Origin: Pristiophorus japonicus
Taxonomy: Eukaryota
DNA: 52,126 nucleotides
NCBI RefSeq assembly: GCF_044704955.1
Contig: NW_027251345.1
Span: 1 to 52,126 of the forward strand
Direction: 5' to 3'
Shown: positions 1 through 12,578 of the stretch, one piece after another
Layout of the letters: each line of letters opens with the position of its first letter
Numbering within the stretch: position 1 is the stretch's first letter
Notes under the pieces: model-generated
The model's database searches: none
Seen by the model: the letters and a program-made list of their open reading frames with translations, nothing else
What the model was told of the DNA's origin: nothing
Program-made: the position numbers and the translations under genes

Positions 1-394
1 CTTAAAGAAATAATAGGACTAGAAAAATAACCACGCTTTTTTAGCCTTGAAACTTAGAGATGCAATTAAATGACCATCTGGTATTAAAAGGGAGTCTCCT
101 TTTATTCTGCTTATCAGACTGTGAACAGAGAGAAACTATACAAGGACAGATAGAGTGTGTACCTCCCGAGACGACCTTTGTACTCGCGGGACTAATGAAT
201 AAGATTCCTTTTCTATTTCTGTATTCAATTTCTGTATAAAGATAGGGACAATTTGCTTGTACAGCAGAGTTTTGCCTTGGTACGGTCCAAGCAGGCTCTC
301 CAAGATATATCTCGCTTTTTAAAAATAAATTCTCTCGGAGTGCACTTCTGAAAGTCTCCGCCTGAGTTAATTTAAGCTAAATATTTCCTCGACA
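1..394 (+). mobile_element. 3' part of an LTR (3' or solo LTR), cut off by the window edge
   Basis: TATAAA 235-240, AATAAA 324-329, ends ...TCCTCGACA at 394 with no PBS-like TGG after it; it abruptly interrupts the putative exon at 395-477. Confidence 0.55.
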
Positions 395-477
395 CTGAGG
401 AATCGAGTGATTCAGTCAGAACTTGATGCGAAGTTTGGTTTGAGTTTCCAGTCTGCAAATCCTGCCCTTCTAATACC
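395..477 (-). pseudogene. 5' portion of a probable C2H2 zinc-finger gene main exon, interrupted by the LTR
   Basis: Acceptor AAACTCCTTTCCAG (CAG at 480-478) then VLEGQDLQTGNSNQTSHQVLTESLDSS, which resembles from memory the pre-finger leader of shark ZNF cluster genes; no finger motifs are visible in the window. Confidence 0.45.
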
Positions 478-687
478 CTGGAAAGGAGTTTACAGAAACC
501 ATTACTGCAAGTACAGGACACAAATTCAGAACAGACAATTGTAGAATCCATGGAACATTCTTGCCTCTCTTGTTCCTCCAAAGCTGTAAATCCTCATCCC
601 ATACACTCTCCGTCCTCCCTGTGCTGAAATTCAAACACATCGCACGTCTGAAGACACCGTATTCTCCACTACCAGTTTTCACCACCA

Positions 688-955
688 ACTCTGTCTGGGT
701 TCAGTTCTACACTCACTGGTTCCCCTCTCCCTCCCCTGAAGGTGCTGACTCTGTCAGGGTTCAGTTCTACACTCACTGGTTCCCCTCCCTCTCCTCCCCT
801 GAAGGTGCTGACTCTGGTTGGGTTCAGTTCTACACTCACTGGTTCCCCTCTCCCTCTCCCTCCCCTGAAGGTGCTGACTCTGTCAGGGTTCAGTTCTACA
901 CTCACTGGTTCCCCTCCCTCTCCTCCCCTGAAGGTGCTGACTCTGGCTGGGTTCA
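688..955. repeat. VNTR, ~4.3 units of 60-66 bp
   Basis: Core GGTTCAGTTCTACACTCACTGGTTCCCCTC...CCCCTGAAGGTGCTGACTCTG; ACTCAC at 711, 771, 834, 900. Confidence 0.95.
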
Positions 956-967
956 CTGGGACCGTGT

Positions 968-1014
968 AGCCCCGCCCACACTTTGCTGTTTTGCAAAGAT
1001 GGCCACGCATGCGC
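968..1014. promoter_or_regulatory. Housekeeping-type promoter module (GC box, YY1, NRF1)
   Basis: CCCCGCCC 970-977, AAGATGGCC 996-1004, CGCATGCGC 1006-1014. Confidence 0.6.
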
Positions 1015-1159
1015 TCTACATCTTGATGAATCTCGGTGGTGGCAAACAAACCTGCAGCTTTCCTTTATTAATAACAATAATAAGAATAACTTTTATTGAT
1101 ATAGCACCTTTAATGTAGTCCAACGTCCCAAGGTGATTCACAACAGTGTTACAAGACGA

Positions 1160-2507
1160 GTTAGCCTAACATCTGTCACAGGACATTTGGAAAAGCATAA
1201 TTCAGTCAAGCAGAGTCAGCATGTTTTTACGAAAGGGAAATCATGTTTGACAAATTTACTGGAGTTCTTTGAGGATGTAATGAGCAGAGTGGATAAAGGG
1301 GAACCAGTGGATGTGGTGTATTTGGGTTTCCATAAGGCATTCTATAAGGTGCCACATAAAAGGTGACTGCACAAGAGAAAAGTTCACAGGGTTGAGGGTA
1401 ATATGGCTAGAGGATTGGCTAACTAACAGAAAACAGAGAGTCGGGATAAATAGGTCATTTTCCAGATGGCAAACAGTAACTAGTGGGGTGCCATAGGGAT
1501 CGTTGCTGGGACCTCAACTATTTACAATCTATACTAATGATTTGGATGAAGGGACCAAGTGTAATGTAGCCAAGTTTGCTGATGATACAAAGATGGGTGG
1601 GAAAGCAAGTTGTGAGGAGGACACACAAAATCTGCAGGGGATATAGACAGGCTAAGTGAGTGGGCAAACACTTGGCAGATGGAGTATAATGTGGAAAAGT
1701 GTGAGGTTGTCCACTTTGGCAGAAAGAATTAAAAAGCAAATTATTATTTAAATGGAGCAAAATTGCAAAGTGCTGCAGTACAGAGGGACCTGGGCATCCT
1801 TGTGCATGAAACACAAAAAGTTAGTATGCAGGTACAGCAAGTAACCAGGAAGGCAAATGGAATGTTGGCCTTTATTGCAAGGGGGGATAGAGAATAAAAG
1901 CAGAGAAGTCCTGCTACAACTGTACAGGGTATTGGTGAGGCCACACCTGGAGTACTGTGTACAGTTTTGGTCTCCGTATTTAAGAAAGGATATACTTGCA
2001 TTGGAGGCTGTTCAGAGAAGGTTCACGAGGTTGATTCCGGAGATGAAGGGGTTGACTTATGAAGAGAGGTTGAGTAGGTTGGGCCAATACTCATTGGAGT
2101 TCAGAAGAATGAGAGGTGGTCTTATTGAAACATATAAGATAATGAGGGGGCTCGACAAGGTGGATGCAATGAGGATATTTCCACACATAGGGTGAAACTA
2201 GAACTAGGGGACATAGTCTCAGAATAAGGGGTCGCCCATTTAAAACTGAGATGAGGAGAAATTTATTCTCTCAGGTGGTTGTAAATCTGTGCAATTCTCT
2301 GCCCCAGAGATCTGTGGTGGCTGGGCCAATGAATGGATTTAAGGCGGAGATGGACAGATATTCGAGCGATAAGGGAATAAAGGGTTATGAGGAGCGGGCA
2401 GGGAAGTGGAGGTGAGTCCATGATCAGACCAGCCACGTTCTTACTAAATGGCAGAGCAGGTTCGAGGGGCCAAATAGCCTATTCCTATTTCTTATGTTCT
2501 TATGTTC
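1160..2507 (+). mobile_element. CR1 LINE, 5'-truncated, frameshifted ORF2 (RT) plus 3' UTR
   Basis: [35 protein letters not shown] motifs; (TTCTTATG)n tail. Confidence 0.95.
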
Positions 2508-2509
2508 CC

Positions 2510-2740
2510 ATTACACAGTACCAGATCTAAGATAGCCTGCTCCCTGAATGGTTCCACAAAGTACTGTTCAAGTAAACTATCCCAGATACACACGATGAAT
2601 TCTTCCTCAAGGCTACCTTGGCCTATTTGATTTGTTCAATCAATATGAAGATTAAAATTGCCCATGATTATTCCCGTTCCTTTTTTACAAGCCTCCATTA
2701 TTTCTTGATTAACAATGTAGCTATAGACTTTGCCCACCAG
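2510..2740 (-). mobile_element. Probable CR1 ORF2 internal fragment
   Basis: Recalled similarity to CR1 ORF2 N-terminal region on the minus strand; degenerate. Confidence 0.45.
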
Positions 2741-4410
2741 TGAGTGTAGTATTTATTCTGTATCTGTCAATCTCTGGTTAGCGAGTATGGCTTTTCCTTT
2801 ATATCTGTAAGTTTATGGTATGGAAGAGAGGTTTTCACTCTGTGCCTGTCAATTACTAGTAAGTGAGTGTGGGGTTCATTCTGTATCTTTCATTCTCTGG
2901 TATGCAAGTGTTGGGTTTACACAGTCCTTGTCATTTTCTGATATGCGAGTGTGGGTTTTACACGCTATCTCTCAGTCTATGGTATGTGAGTGTGAATTTT
3001 TCTCTGTATATAACAGTTTTTGGTGTGTGTGTGGATTTCACTCTATTCTCGTCAGTCTCTGGTATGTTAGTTTGTGATTCCTCTATCCCAGTCAGTTTCT
3101 GTTATGTGAATGTAAGCTGTATTCTGTACCTATTGGTTTCTGAAATGTGAGTGTGCATTTTAATCTGTCCATATCTGGTTCTACTCTGCGATTGTGGGTT
3201 TTCATCTGGCACTATCAATTTTTGGTATTTGAGTGTTGATTTTCTTTGTGAGCGCGGTTTTACTCTTTATTTTTCAGCGTTTGATATGTGAGTGTGGGTT
3301 GTAATCTGTATCTGTCAGTTACTGGTGTGCGAGTGTGGTTTTCACACTCTTGACCTTTCAGTTTTTGGTATAGGTGTGGATTTTATCTGTAAATTTCAAT
3401 CTCTGGTAGGCAAGTGTGGGTTTTACTCTCAATCAATTTCAGGTAATGTGGGCTTTAATCTGTAGCTGGCAGTTTCTTGTACGTGAGTGTGAGTTTTATT
3501 TTGTATCCATCAGTCTATGGTATGTGAGTGTGAGTATTATTCTGTGAATGTAAGTCTCTGGGATGTGTATGTGGGTTTTCCTCCTGTCAGTTGCATGTTA
3601 TGTGAACGTGTGTTTTATTCAAGTGTGTGAATGTAGATTTCACTCTGTACCTGTCAGTCTCTTGTGTGTGTGTGTGGCACTTTTTATCTGTACCTGTCTG
3701 TTTCTGTTATGAGTGCAGTTATATTCTATACATCACAGTTTCTGTTATGTGAGTGTGGAGTTTACCACATTCTACCTGTCTGTCACTGGTATGTTAATGT
3801 GTGTATGTTTTCTGTACCCATCAGTTGCTATTATATGAACGTTGATTTCATTCTGTGCCTTTAAGTGTCTGGTACAGCTGTGGTATTGTGGGTTTGACAT
3901 TGAATCAGTCAGTCACTTTCAGGTGAATGTTGATTTTACTCTCTACCTGTCACTCTCTGGTATGTGACTGTGTGTTTTATTCTGTATCAGTCCATCTCTG
4001 GGAAGTGAGTGTGGGTTTTATTCTGTATCTATCTGTTTCTGATATTTGGAGTAAGGGTTTTAATCAGCACCTGTAAGTTTCTGTTATGGGAGTGTGGTTT
4101 TTAGTCTGTATTTCTCAGTCTTTGGCATGTGAGTGTGGGTATTACTCTGTATCTATCAGTCTCTGGAAAGCAAAAGTGTTTTTTCTGTACTTGTCAGTTT
4201 CTGGTGAATGACTGTGGAGTTCACTAACTATCTGTCTCTGGAATGTGAGTGTGAGAATTTGTCTGTAGCTGTAAGGGCCTGGTATGGGAATGTGGGTTTC
4301 ATTGTCAGTCAGTCAATCTCAGGTACTGGAAGTGATTGTGATTCTCTCTCAATCTGTCATTCAATGTGTCTGAGTGTATGAATCATTATGTTTCTCTCAG
4401 TCTCTGGTAT
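2740..4410. repeat. Degenerate ~41-bp satellite array 1
   Basis: Consensus TGTGAGTGTGGGTTTTATTCTGTACCTGTCAGTTTCTGGTA repeated in tandem. Confidence 0.9.
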
Positions 4411-4414
4411 TGTT

Positions 4415-4612
4415 TGTGAGCGTGGGATTGATTATGTATCTGTTAGACTGGTGTTGTGTGTGAGCGTGGGATTGATTATGTATCTGTTAGACTGGTGATG
4501 TGTGAGAGTGTGGGATTGATTATGTATCTGTTAGACTGGTGATGTGAGAGAGTGTGGGATTGATTATGTATCTGTTAGACTGGTGATGTGTGTGAGTGTG
4601 AGATTCATTATG
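4415..4612. repeat. 44-bp homogenised satellite variant, ~4.5 units
   Basis: GTGGGATTGATTATGTATCTGTTAGACTGGTG recurs with period 44 (4422, 4466, 4510, 4554). Confidence 0.93.
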
Positions 4613-6460
4613 TAATTGACAGTCTCTTGTACTGAGCTATTCTTGCTCTGTGTGAGTGTTGGATTTGGTTCCGTCTCCACCTGCTGTAGGCGGATGATAG
4701 TTTGAGATTATCGATGACTGTCTCAGGAGGAGGTTTCGTTCAGTCCATTACCTCCGTTTCTCTGCTCTTGTAAGTTAGCTGTTGGGTTTGAGAGTCAGTG
4801 TATAGACACCAGTGTGGATTGACACCATGTCAGTGTCTAACTGATCGTGGGTGAGAGTAAGGGAGTGAAATTGGGTCTGCCTTTCAGTGCGATATGATTG
4901 GATTTTGAAATAACATATTATTGTACTACTCCAAGTGACTGTGGGATTCATAATATAACTCTGGAAATTCGGATCACTGTGGGACTGACAGCTTCTGCTG
5001 CCTGTGACAATATGATTGAAGTCAGTTCTGTGTCTCTGCGCTCGGAGAGTGATAATGTACTTACTGTGGGTGAGAAGGAGCTGTCTGCACTGTTCCTTGT
5101 GTTCCGGGTTGAGGAAAGATCACATTTATTCTGGCTTGAAGTATTTTGCTGAGAATAATAATAGGAGAACACTATTAGTTATGATATGGACAGAATATGG
5201 AGAGAATATAAAAATAAAAAGTTATTTATTACAATGCGTTTGTTTGTAATAAAGTAAAGTATCTGGAGAGAGGAATCCGTGATACAAACAGTGTCATTGC
5301 CTGATCTCACTGCAGTGCAGCGGCACTCAGATTCCCCACACCAGGTGTGTAGGATGGTTCTATAGTAAGTTATCAGCATCCAGACACAACCCAAACCCAG
5401 CACTGGTCCATGAATGGGACCACTCGATTGGCACAGTCCAGGTTTATATCTCCCACTCCCATGAGGCTACCTGTAAAATTCTGAATTCCTTCCTGGAATA
5501 TAATCACAGGTACCTAGTCTGTACAACAATTGTTCTCAGTCTATTGAAACCAAGTTGAGGGCCTGTGTCATTAACAGAATGTCACAGTGACCGGATCCTG
5601 ATGTATCTGAGGGAACGACAATGTATCTCTCGATCACCAGCAACACGGTTCTGAGAATTCAACGCACCAAAACAAAATAACCCATTTTTGAAATGTCTCC
5701 TTTCACACTCCTCTTCTGGTGCCTGCAATAGATGCACTTTGTGACACTCCTCACATCCTCACTCTCAGGCTGTGTTTCCACTGTTCAATGTCCAAGAACA
5801 ACAAGCACTGAGATTGGAACTGAATCAGGAACATTCATTACTGATTTGGGGAAAGAAAGCAGCAATGATTTGAAAGAGCGAGGTGATTTACTTTCTCTGT
5901 TACCTTACACTGTACACACACAGCCCAAGAATGGCCTCTCCCTTCCCCATTCACTCCATGTTCCAGAGCTAGTTCCTGCTCCACTCTGCCTCTTACAGAC
6001 AGCCCCCGACAGCCGCTGAACTTACCCCGACTCAAAGCCCATTTGTGGACACAGTCCCAATGCGATGAGCTGCTGTAAGGAGGCTACTGTTTGCTCCCTT
6101 ACTCGGGCCCGGGATATCTCCGCTCCCTGATGTGTTCAACGATCATCAGCCCAGTACAGAGGAAACGGCAGCCGCTGACAGAGCTGGAGGAGGGGAGCTC
6201 GCCTGGGCCCTTCCCGTCAGTTTAAACACTGTGTGGGGAGGAGAGGAGCAGCATGTATTTAGCACACGCTCAGACCATCTTTTTGTCTCAAATTAAATTA
6301 GCAAAAATGGGATTGTTTCGCAAGTTGCTTTTATCACTAATTAAATGGGCCACATTGAGAACATGTTAGTTATCATCCGAATTACTGAAACAACGATTGT
6401 GTGAGCCTGACACTGGGGTAAGAGTGCCTAAACTATTCTACTCATTCCGTAGTCTCTGGT
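4606..6460 (-). other. Dispersed repeated unit copy A: putative spliced non-coding gene or 5'UTR module
   Basis: Colinear with 28280-29570 and 32670-35060 and, more distantly, 9570-10620; minus-strand donors GTAAGG 6102-6097, GTGAGG 5762-5757, GTAAGT 5064-5059; acceptors at 5843-5841 and 5151-5149. Confidence 0.6.
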
Positions 6461-7480
6461 GTGTATGTTACCCTGTCAGTTTCCGATAGGCGAGTATGGG
6501 TTTTACTTGCATATTATTGTTCAGATACGTGGGTGTGGGTTCCATACTGTACCTGTCAGTTTCTGCTATGTGAACGTGGGATTTATTTTGTAACTCTCTG
6601 TTTCTATTATCTGAGTGTGTATTTTATTCTGTACCTGTCAGATTTGGCGGTGAAGGCGAGATTTATTCTGTACCTGTCAGTATCTGCTATGTGATTTGAG
6701 ATTTATCATGTACCTGTCAAGTTTTGATATGCGAGTATGGGGTTTATTCTGTACCTGTCAATTTCTGAGATGTGAGTATGGGTTTTATTGTGTACATCAG
6801 TTTCTGATATGTGAGTGTGGGTTTTATTCTATACCTGTTAGTTTCTGCTATGTGAATGTGGGTTTTATTTCAGCTACTGCTATGTGAGTGTAGGAATTAA
6901 TATGTACCTCTCAGTTTCTGGGATGCGATTGTGTTTTTTTTCTGTACCTGTCAGTTTGTGGTAGATTTGTGGGGTGTCAGTTTCTGGTATCTGAGTGTGG
7001 ATTTTTACCTTTATATGTCAGTTTGTGCTATGTGAATGTGGGATTCATTCCGTATCTCTCAATCTGGGGTAAGCGAGTGTGTGTTTCCTCTGTACCTGTC
7101 AGTTTCTGGTATGTGAGTGTGGGATTTATTCTGTATCTGTCAGTTTCTATATCTGCGTGTTGCTTTTATTCTGTACCGGTCAGTTTCTGGTATGTGAGAG
7201 TGTGTTTTATCCTATATCTGTGAAATTTACAGATCAGAGACAGCCCCAACAGACAACAGTTTTTAACATTATAGTGGACAAATGTGATTCAAAAATATTT
7301 GGAGTAGAGACGAGCTATTAATACGTTATATAAACCATATTTGTCAGGGGTACAGTGAGTGAGTGTGGGATTTATTCTGTATCTGTCAGTCTGTGGTACA
7401 GTGAGTGAGTGTGGGATTTATTCTGTATCTGACAGTCTGTGGTACAGTGCGTGAGTGTGGGATTCACTCTGTATCTGTCA
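6440..7480. repeat. ~41-bp satellite array 2 (44-bp variant near 7350-7480)
   Basis: Same consensus and polarity as array 1. Confidence 0.9.
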
Positions 7481-7532
7481 TAAATGCAAGTGTTTGTTGT
7501 TGCTGTAGAAATTAAGCTTTTCAGTTACTTAC

Positions 7533-7647
7533 GGTGGTTAACATTTACGCAGAAGAAATTGTCAGAAGCAGCCTCGTGGATAACCATCGGGAAAGTGCTG
7601 TTACTGGTGAGATCACGATTTGCTCGATGTAAACTTGACTAATAACT
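7533..7647 (-). other. Candidate internal exon
   Basis: Acceptor TTTCTTTTCCATCACCTCTAG (TAG 7650-7648) and donor GTAAGT 7532-7527, in unique sequence between two arrays. Confidence 0.4.
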
Positions 7648-7832
7648 CTAGAGGTGATGGAAAAGAAAGCAACATTTGGGGACGTTTGAGCGAGATGAGA
7701 AAACATAATCAGCGCGAGGAGCCCGATCAGAGAGCTGGTGGGCAAGAAGCATTGAGCTCCTGTTTACTGCCCGATGCTATTTCCAAAACAACAGGGAAGA
7801 ACAGTCCCTGGATCTGGGAATTTGAGGAGCAC

Positions 7833-9525
7833 ATGGAACCTGGAGGCAAATCATCCCTTCGAGCCTGTTACAAAAGGAACAGGGGGAGGCCATTCAGTCC
7901 CTGTTACATAGGAACAGTGAGCTATTCTGCCCCTCGACTCTGTTACATTAGAAACTGGAGTTGACCGTTCAACCTTGGAATCTGCTTTACAGGAATAGAT
8001 GGACGCCATTCAGCCCCTCCAACCTGTTACAAATGAACAGGCAGCCATTCAATCCCTCAAGATTGTTGCATAGTTACAGGAGGTGGGCATTCAGCACCTT
8101 AGCCTTGCTATAAAGGAATTGGTGGAGGCAATGCATCGACTGGATACTGTTACACAGGAATAGAGGAGGTCATCCATCCTCTGGAACCTTTTACATCAGA
8201 ATAGGAGGAGGCTATTCAGACCCTCAAGCATGTTACATAGGAACTGGAGGAGGCCATTCAGCCCCCCCGAGAATGTTATAGGAACTGGAAGAAGCCAATA
8301 AGCCAGTCGCACATCTTATAATGCAACTGGAGGAGGCCACTCATCCCACCTAACATTACACAGGAACAGGAGGTGGCTGTTCAGCACCTAGAGTTGTTAG
8401 ACAGGAACAGGATTCTTCCCCTCGAGCCTATTAGATTGGATCAGGAGGATGCCATTCAGCCCTTCCATTCTGTTACGTGGGAAGAGGAAATTCAGCCTCT
8501 CTAACATTAGAAACATGAGCAGATCACTCAGCCTTTGATTGTGTGACATGGGAACAGCAGGACGTTTTTCATTCCCTCGAACTTCTTACATTAGGAACAG
8601 GAGAAGACCACTCAGTCCCTCGGGTCTGTTACATAGGAACAGGAGTAGGCCAATTCCACCCCTCGGAACTGTTAACCAGGAACAGGAGGTGGCCATTCAG
8701 ACCCTCGAGCCTGTTACAGAGGAATTGGAAGAGTCCATTCAGCCTCTCCTGAATGTTACATAGGAACTGGGGAGGACAGTCAGCCCCTCGAGCATGTTGT
8801 ATAGGAACTGGGGGAGGACATTCAGCCCCCCGAGCATGTTGTATAGGAACTGGGGGAGGACATTCAGCCCCCCGAGCATGTTAAATTAGGATCATGAGCA
8901 GGCCATTCAGCCCTTTGATCCTGTGACATGGGAGCAGGAGAGGGCCATTCAGCTCCTCGAGCCTATTACATTAGGAACTGGAGGAGGCCATTCAGCTCCT
9001 CGAGCGGATTACATTAGGAACTGGAGAGGGCCATTCAGCAACTGGAGTTAAAAAGCAATAGGATGACGCAATTATGCCCCCCGGGTCTGTCACATTAGGA
9101 ATAGGAATAGGACAAGGACAATCATCCCCACGGGATTGTTTCATGGGAACAGGAGGAGGGCATTCAGCCCCTCGAACTTGTTACATAGGAACTGGAGGAG
9201 GCTATTCAGCCCCTGGAGTCTGTTACACAGGAATAGAAGTGGCTATTCAGCCCCTGGAACCTGTTACATAAGAACTAAAGGAGGCCATTCATCCCATTCT
9301 AGCCCGAAACATAGGTACAGGGGGAAGGTCAATCTGTCCCTAGAGTTTGTTACATATGGACAGGAGGAGGCCATTAACACCCTCGTGTTTATTACATTAG
9401 GAACAGGAGAAGGCCACTCAGTATCTCCAGTCTGTTAATTTAGGAACAGGAGGTGGCCATCAGCCCCCTCGGGCCTGTTACACAGGAATAGGAGGAGGCC
9501 ATTCAGCACCACAAACATGTTTAAT
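7833..9525. repeat. 42-bp minisatellite derived from the CR1 3' terminus, roughly 40 units
   Basis: Unit AGGAACAGGAGGAGGCCATTCAGCCCCTCGAGCCTGTTACAT; near-identical to CR1 ends at 50030-50066 and 50542-50581; perfect 42-bp period at 8801/8843. Confidence 0.92.
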
Positions 9526-9569
9526 TTGGATAACCTGTCTGTGTATCCGCACACTGTGATCGGTACCGT

Positions 9570-10530
9570 ACCTACTGTGTGTGTGAAGGAGCTGGTTGCA
9601 CTGTTCCTTATGTCTCAGGTGGAGGAAACTTCACATTTGTTCCAGTTCCTTCAATTCCATGCCTGTAGGAGGAGAAGGTATCTCTGATCATTCAAGAATA
9701 GGAGAGGTAGAAAAGACTAAAGTGATGAATGTAATCGTTCAATTAATATTCATTATGAACATTCACAAAGGGAAGCCAGCGATACAAACAGTGTCAGTGT
9801 CTGACTCCACTCCAGTACTGCAGCACTCGGCTTCTGCACACCAGGTGTGTTGGGCAGATTTACAGCAATTTACTGACATCCAGACACAACCCAACCCCTG
9901 CCCTGTTTCAGGAATGGGACGACCCGATGGAGCACGGACTTTTACACAGCCAAGATTGCTGCTCTCCTCTCCCAGGGCACTAACCGTTCAACCAAAAACA
10001 AAGAGCCGCTGTTTGAAACATGTCCTTCACATTTCTCACCCGGTGCCTGCAATAGATGCTCCTTGTATAAATCCTCACTGTCCGGCTCTGCTTCCACTGC
10101 TCACTGTCCAATGACAACAAACACGGTGAGACTGGAACTAAAGCAGGAACGTTCACTACTGGTTTGGAGAGAGAAAGCAGCAATGATTGTCAACAGCAGA
10201 TCCTTCCCATTCTGTCTCCCTTACCCGGGACACACGCTGTCCACACACAGCCCGAGAATGGCCTCTCCCTTCCCCCACTCATTCCACGCACTGAGACCAG
10301 TTCTTGCTCCACTCCGCCTGTTACACACAGACCCCGACTCCCCCTGAACTTCCCCCGGACTCAGTGCCGATCTCTGAGCCCATCTGCGGACACGCTCCCA
10401 AAGCGATGTGCTGCTGTAAGGAGGCTACTGCTCGCTGCCTTACCCCGGGGCCGCGAAGTCTCCATTCCTGGCTGTTTAAACCATCTTCTTCCGCTCACTG
10501 AGTGAATGGCGCTCACAGGCAGGGCTGGGG
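9570..10530 (-). other. Dispersed repeated unit copy B (divergent, best-preserved signals)
   Basis: Putative exon 1 ends 10444 (GTAAGG 10443-10438), exon 10158-10079, exon 9662-9576 (TTCTCCTCCTACAG acceptor, GTAGGT donor). Confidence 0.55.
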
Positions 10531-10605
10531 GCGGGGAGGGCGCATGCGCTCTTCTGCTCACTGGAAATCGACTCGAGGGGCGGGGCTTATTCGCGCATGC
10601 GCAGC
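10525..10605. promoter_or_regulatory. CpG-rich promoter with two NRF1 and two Sp/GC boxes
   Basis: GGGGCGGGG 10528-10536 and 10577-10585; palindromic GCGCATGCGC 10540-10549 and 10593-10602. Confidence 0.7.
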
Positions 10606-11191
10606 TCTGCAATAATTCAGCCTTCAAAAAGCAAAGTGCACTTTTCTCGATTTACTTTTATCAGAATCTGAGCAAAGGAACTGGGCCTGGGGGGCAAGGA
10701 CAGAGAATGTTTAAAGCTGGGGGCCTTGCCCCTTTGAGATACTCAATTTGGGATCATTCCGTGCAGGGTTTTTTCTCTTCGTGAGCCTGTCCTCACAAAG
10801 CAATCCTGCAGAAACATCGGAGGGACGAGGGAGCAGGAGTGTTTGCTGGAACTGTGCAGGAGTTAATATCTGACAGAAACTGTCCCAGTTTAATTTAATC
10901 AGAGTGAAACATTCGGTCACTGAGAGTAATACCGAACGGCCCTGAGCTGCAAGATTAGAGAGAGTACAACAGGCAAGCGAAGGTTAAATGTGGGACCTTG
11001 TTTCTCTCACTCTCTGACACTGTCCCGCAGTGTGGGACTAATAATGTGTCTGTCTGTGGTACAATATCAGTGAGAGAGGGGACTGCATCTTCTGTCTCTT
11101 CAATGGGATCTTTCAGGATAAAACTGGACCTCACAGGTCAGTCTAGAACTGATACTGTGCATGTTTCTGTGTCTCACCGTCCTGCCTCGCA

Positions 11192-11223
<32 letters not shown>

Positions 11224-11328
11224 AGCCCACTTTTCTCTCTCTGTCGCTTTCCCCTTTCTCTTGTACTGTCTGTGAAGGCGGGATTCTGTTATTTCGCGTG
11301 ATGTGGAAACACTTATGAGTACAACACA

Positions 11329-11941
11329 ATAGGAGCAGGGAGGTCTTACTGCAGTTGTACAGGGCCTTGGTGAGGTCACACCTTGAATATTGTGTACAGT
11401 TTTGGTCTTCTAATCTGAGGAAGGACATTCTTGCTATTGAGGGAGTGCAGCAAAGGTTCACCAGACTGATTCCCGGGATGGCAGGGCTGACACATGAAGA
11501 AAGACTGGATAGAATAGACTTATATTCTCTGGAATTTAGAATAATGAGAGGGGATCTCATAGAAACATATAAAATTCTGACGGGATTGGACAGGTTAGAT
11601 GCAGGAAGAATGTTCCCGATGTTGGGGTTGTCCAGAACCAGGGGTCACAGTCTAAGGATAAGGGGTAAGCCATTTAGGACCGAGATGAGGAGAAACTTCT
11701 TCACTCAGAGAATTGTGAACCTGTGGAATTTTCTACCACAGAAAGTTGTTGAGGCCAGTTCGTTAGATATATTCAAAAGGGAGTTAGATATGGCCCTTAC
11801 GGCGAAAGGGATCAAGGGGTATGGAGAGAAAGCAGGAATGGGGTACTGAAGTTGCATGATTAGCCATGATCATATTGAATGGTGGTGCAGGCTTGAAGGG
11901 CCGAATGGCCTACTCCTGCACCTATTTTCTATGTTTCTATG
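11329..11941 (+). mobile_element. CR1 LINE 3' fragment (young)
   Basis: Open ORF2 C-terminus 11355-11849, close to 18152-19587; TTTCTATGTTTCTATG tail. Confidence 0.96.
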
Positions 11942-12578
11942 ATACTGTTTCTGTTTCTCTCTCTGTTGCTATACATGACGGTGTGGCACTGTTACTGCGC
12001 GTAATATGGAGACACTGATACCAAGTGTAAGACTGATAATGTGTCTGTCTCTCTCTCTTTCGGTGTGCTGTACATGAATGATTGATACTATTATTGAGCG
12101 TAATATTGAGACACAGTTAGGGAGTTTAAGACTGATTCTGTGTCTGTCTCTCTGTCGCTCTCTCTGATAGCCATCTCTGGGTGGTGAGCATGGTATGGAT
12201 AGTTCACCAGTTACTGTTATATGTCCCTCATTTTCGGAGGAGAGAGAGAGACAAAGAGAGGGTGGAGGGGCGGTGAACTCATAATTTCTATTTTCACGTT
12301 AATCAAACATATTTCTGCGTGCGAACAATGTAATAACTTAGCAGCAGATATGAGTTAAGCCAGCCACTGCTGTGATTGGCTCCTGCCCCTGAATCTGGGG
12401 AACAGACACTGAGGAGCGCCGACCTCAGAGTGTTTAACACTTACTGAGCTGGGAAACTACAACTAACCCCGAGAATCGGCAGCACAGGCCGAGCGGAGAG
12501 GAAACCCTGTGCTGGGAGCTGTAAATCTGGGACAGTTTGTGCTGTGAATGTGCAGATGTGAACATTGTGTGATGAGAG

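Noticed and set aside
561-1118. 185-aa and overlapping repetitive ORFs
   Set aside because: They arise because the VNTR unit lengths (60, 63, 66) are multiples of three; no domain or real start context
7833-9525. CRISPR-like or retron-like reading of the regular repeat next to RT ORFs
   Set aside because: No unique spacers, no cas genes, vertebrate context; the RTs are CR1/L2 LINE ORF2
9654-10465. Spliced micropeptide METSRPRVVNVPALVPVSPCLLSLDSEQWKQSRT from unit B
   Set aside because: Start and frame are not conserved in copies A and D, and substitutions look mostly non-synonymous; at most a uORF
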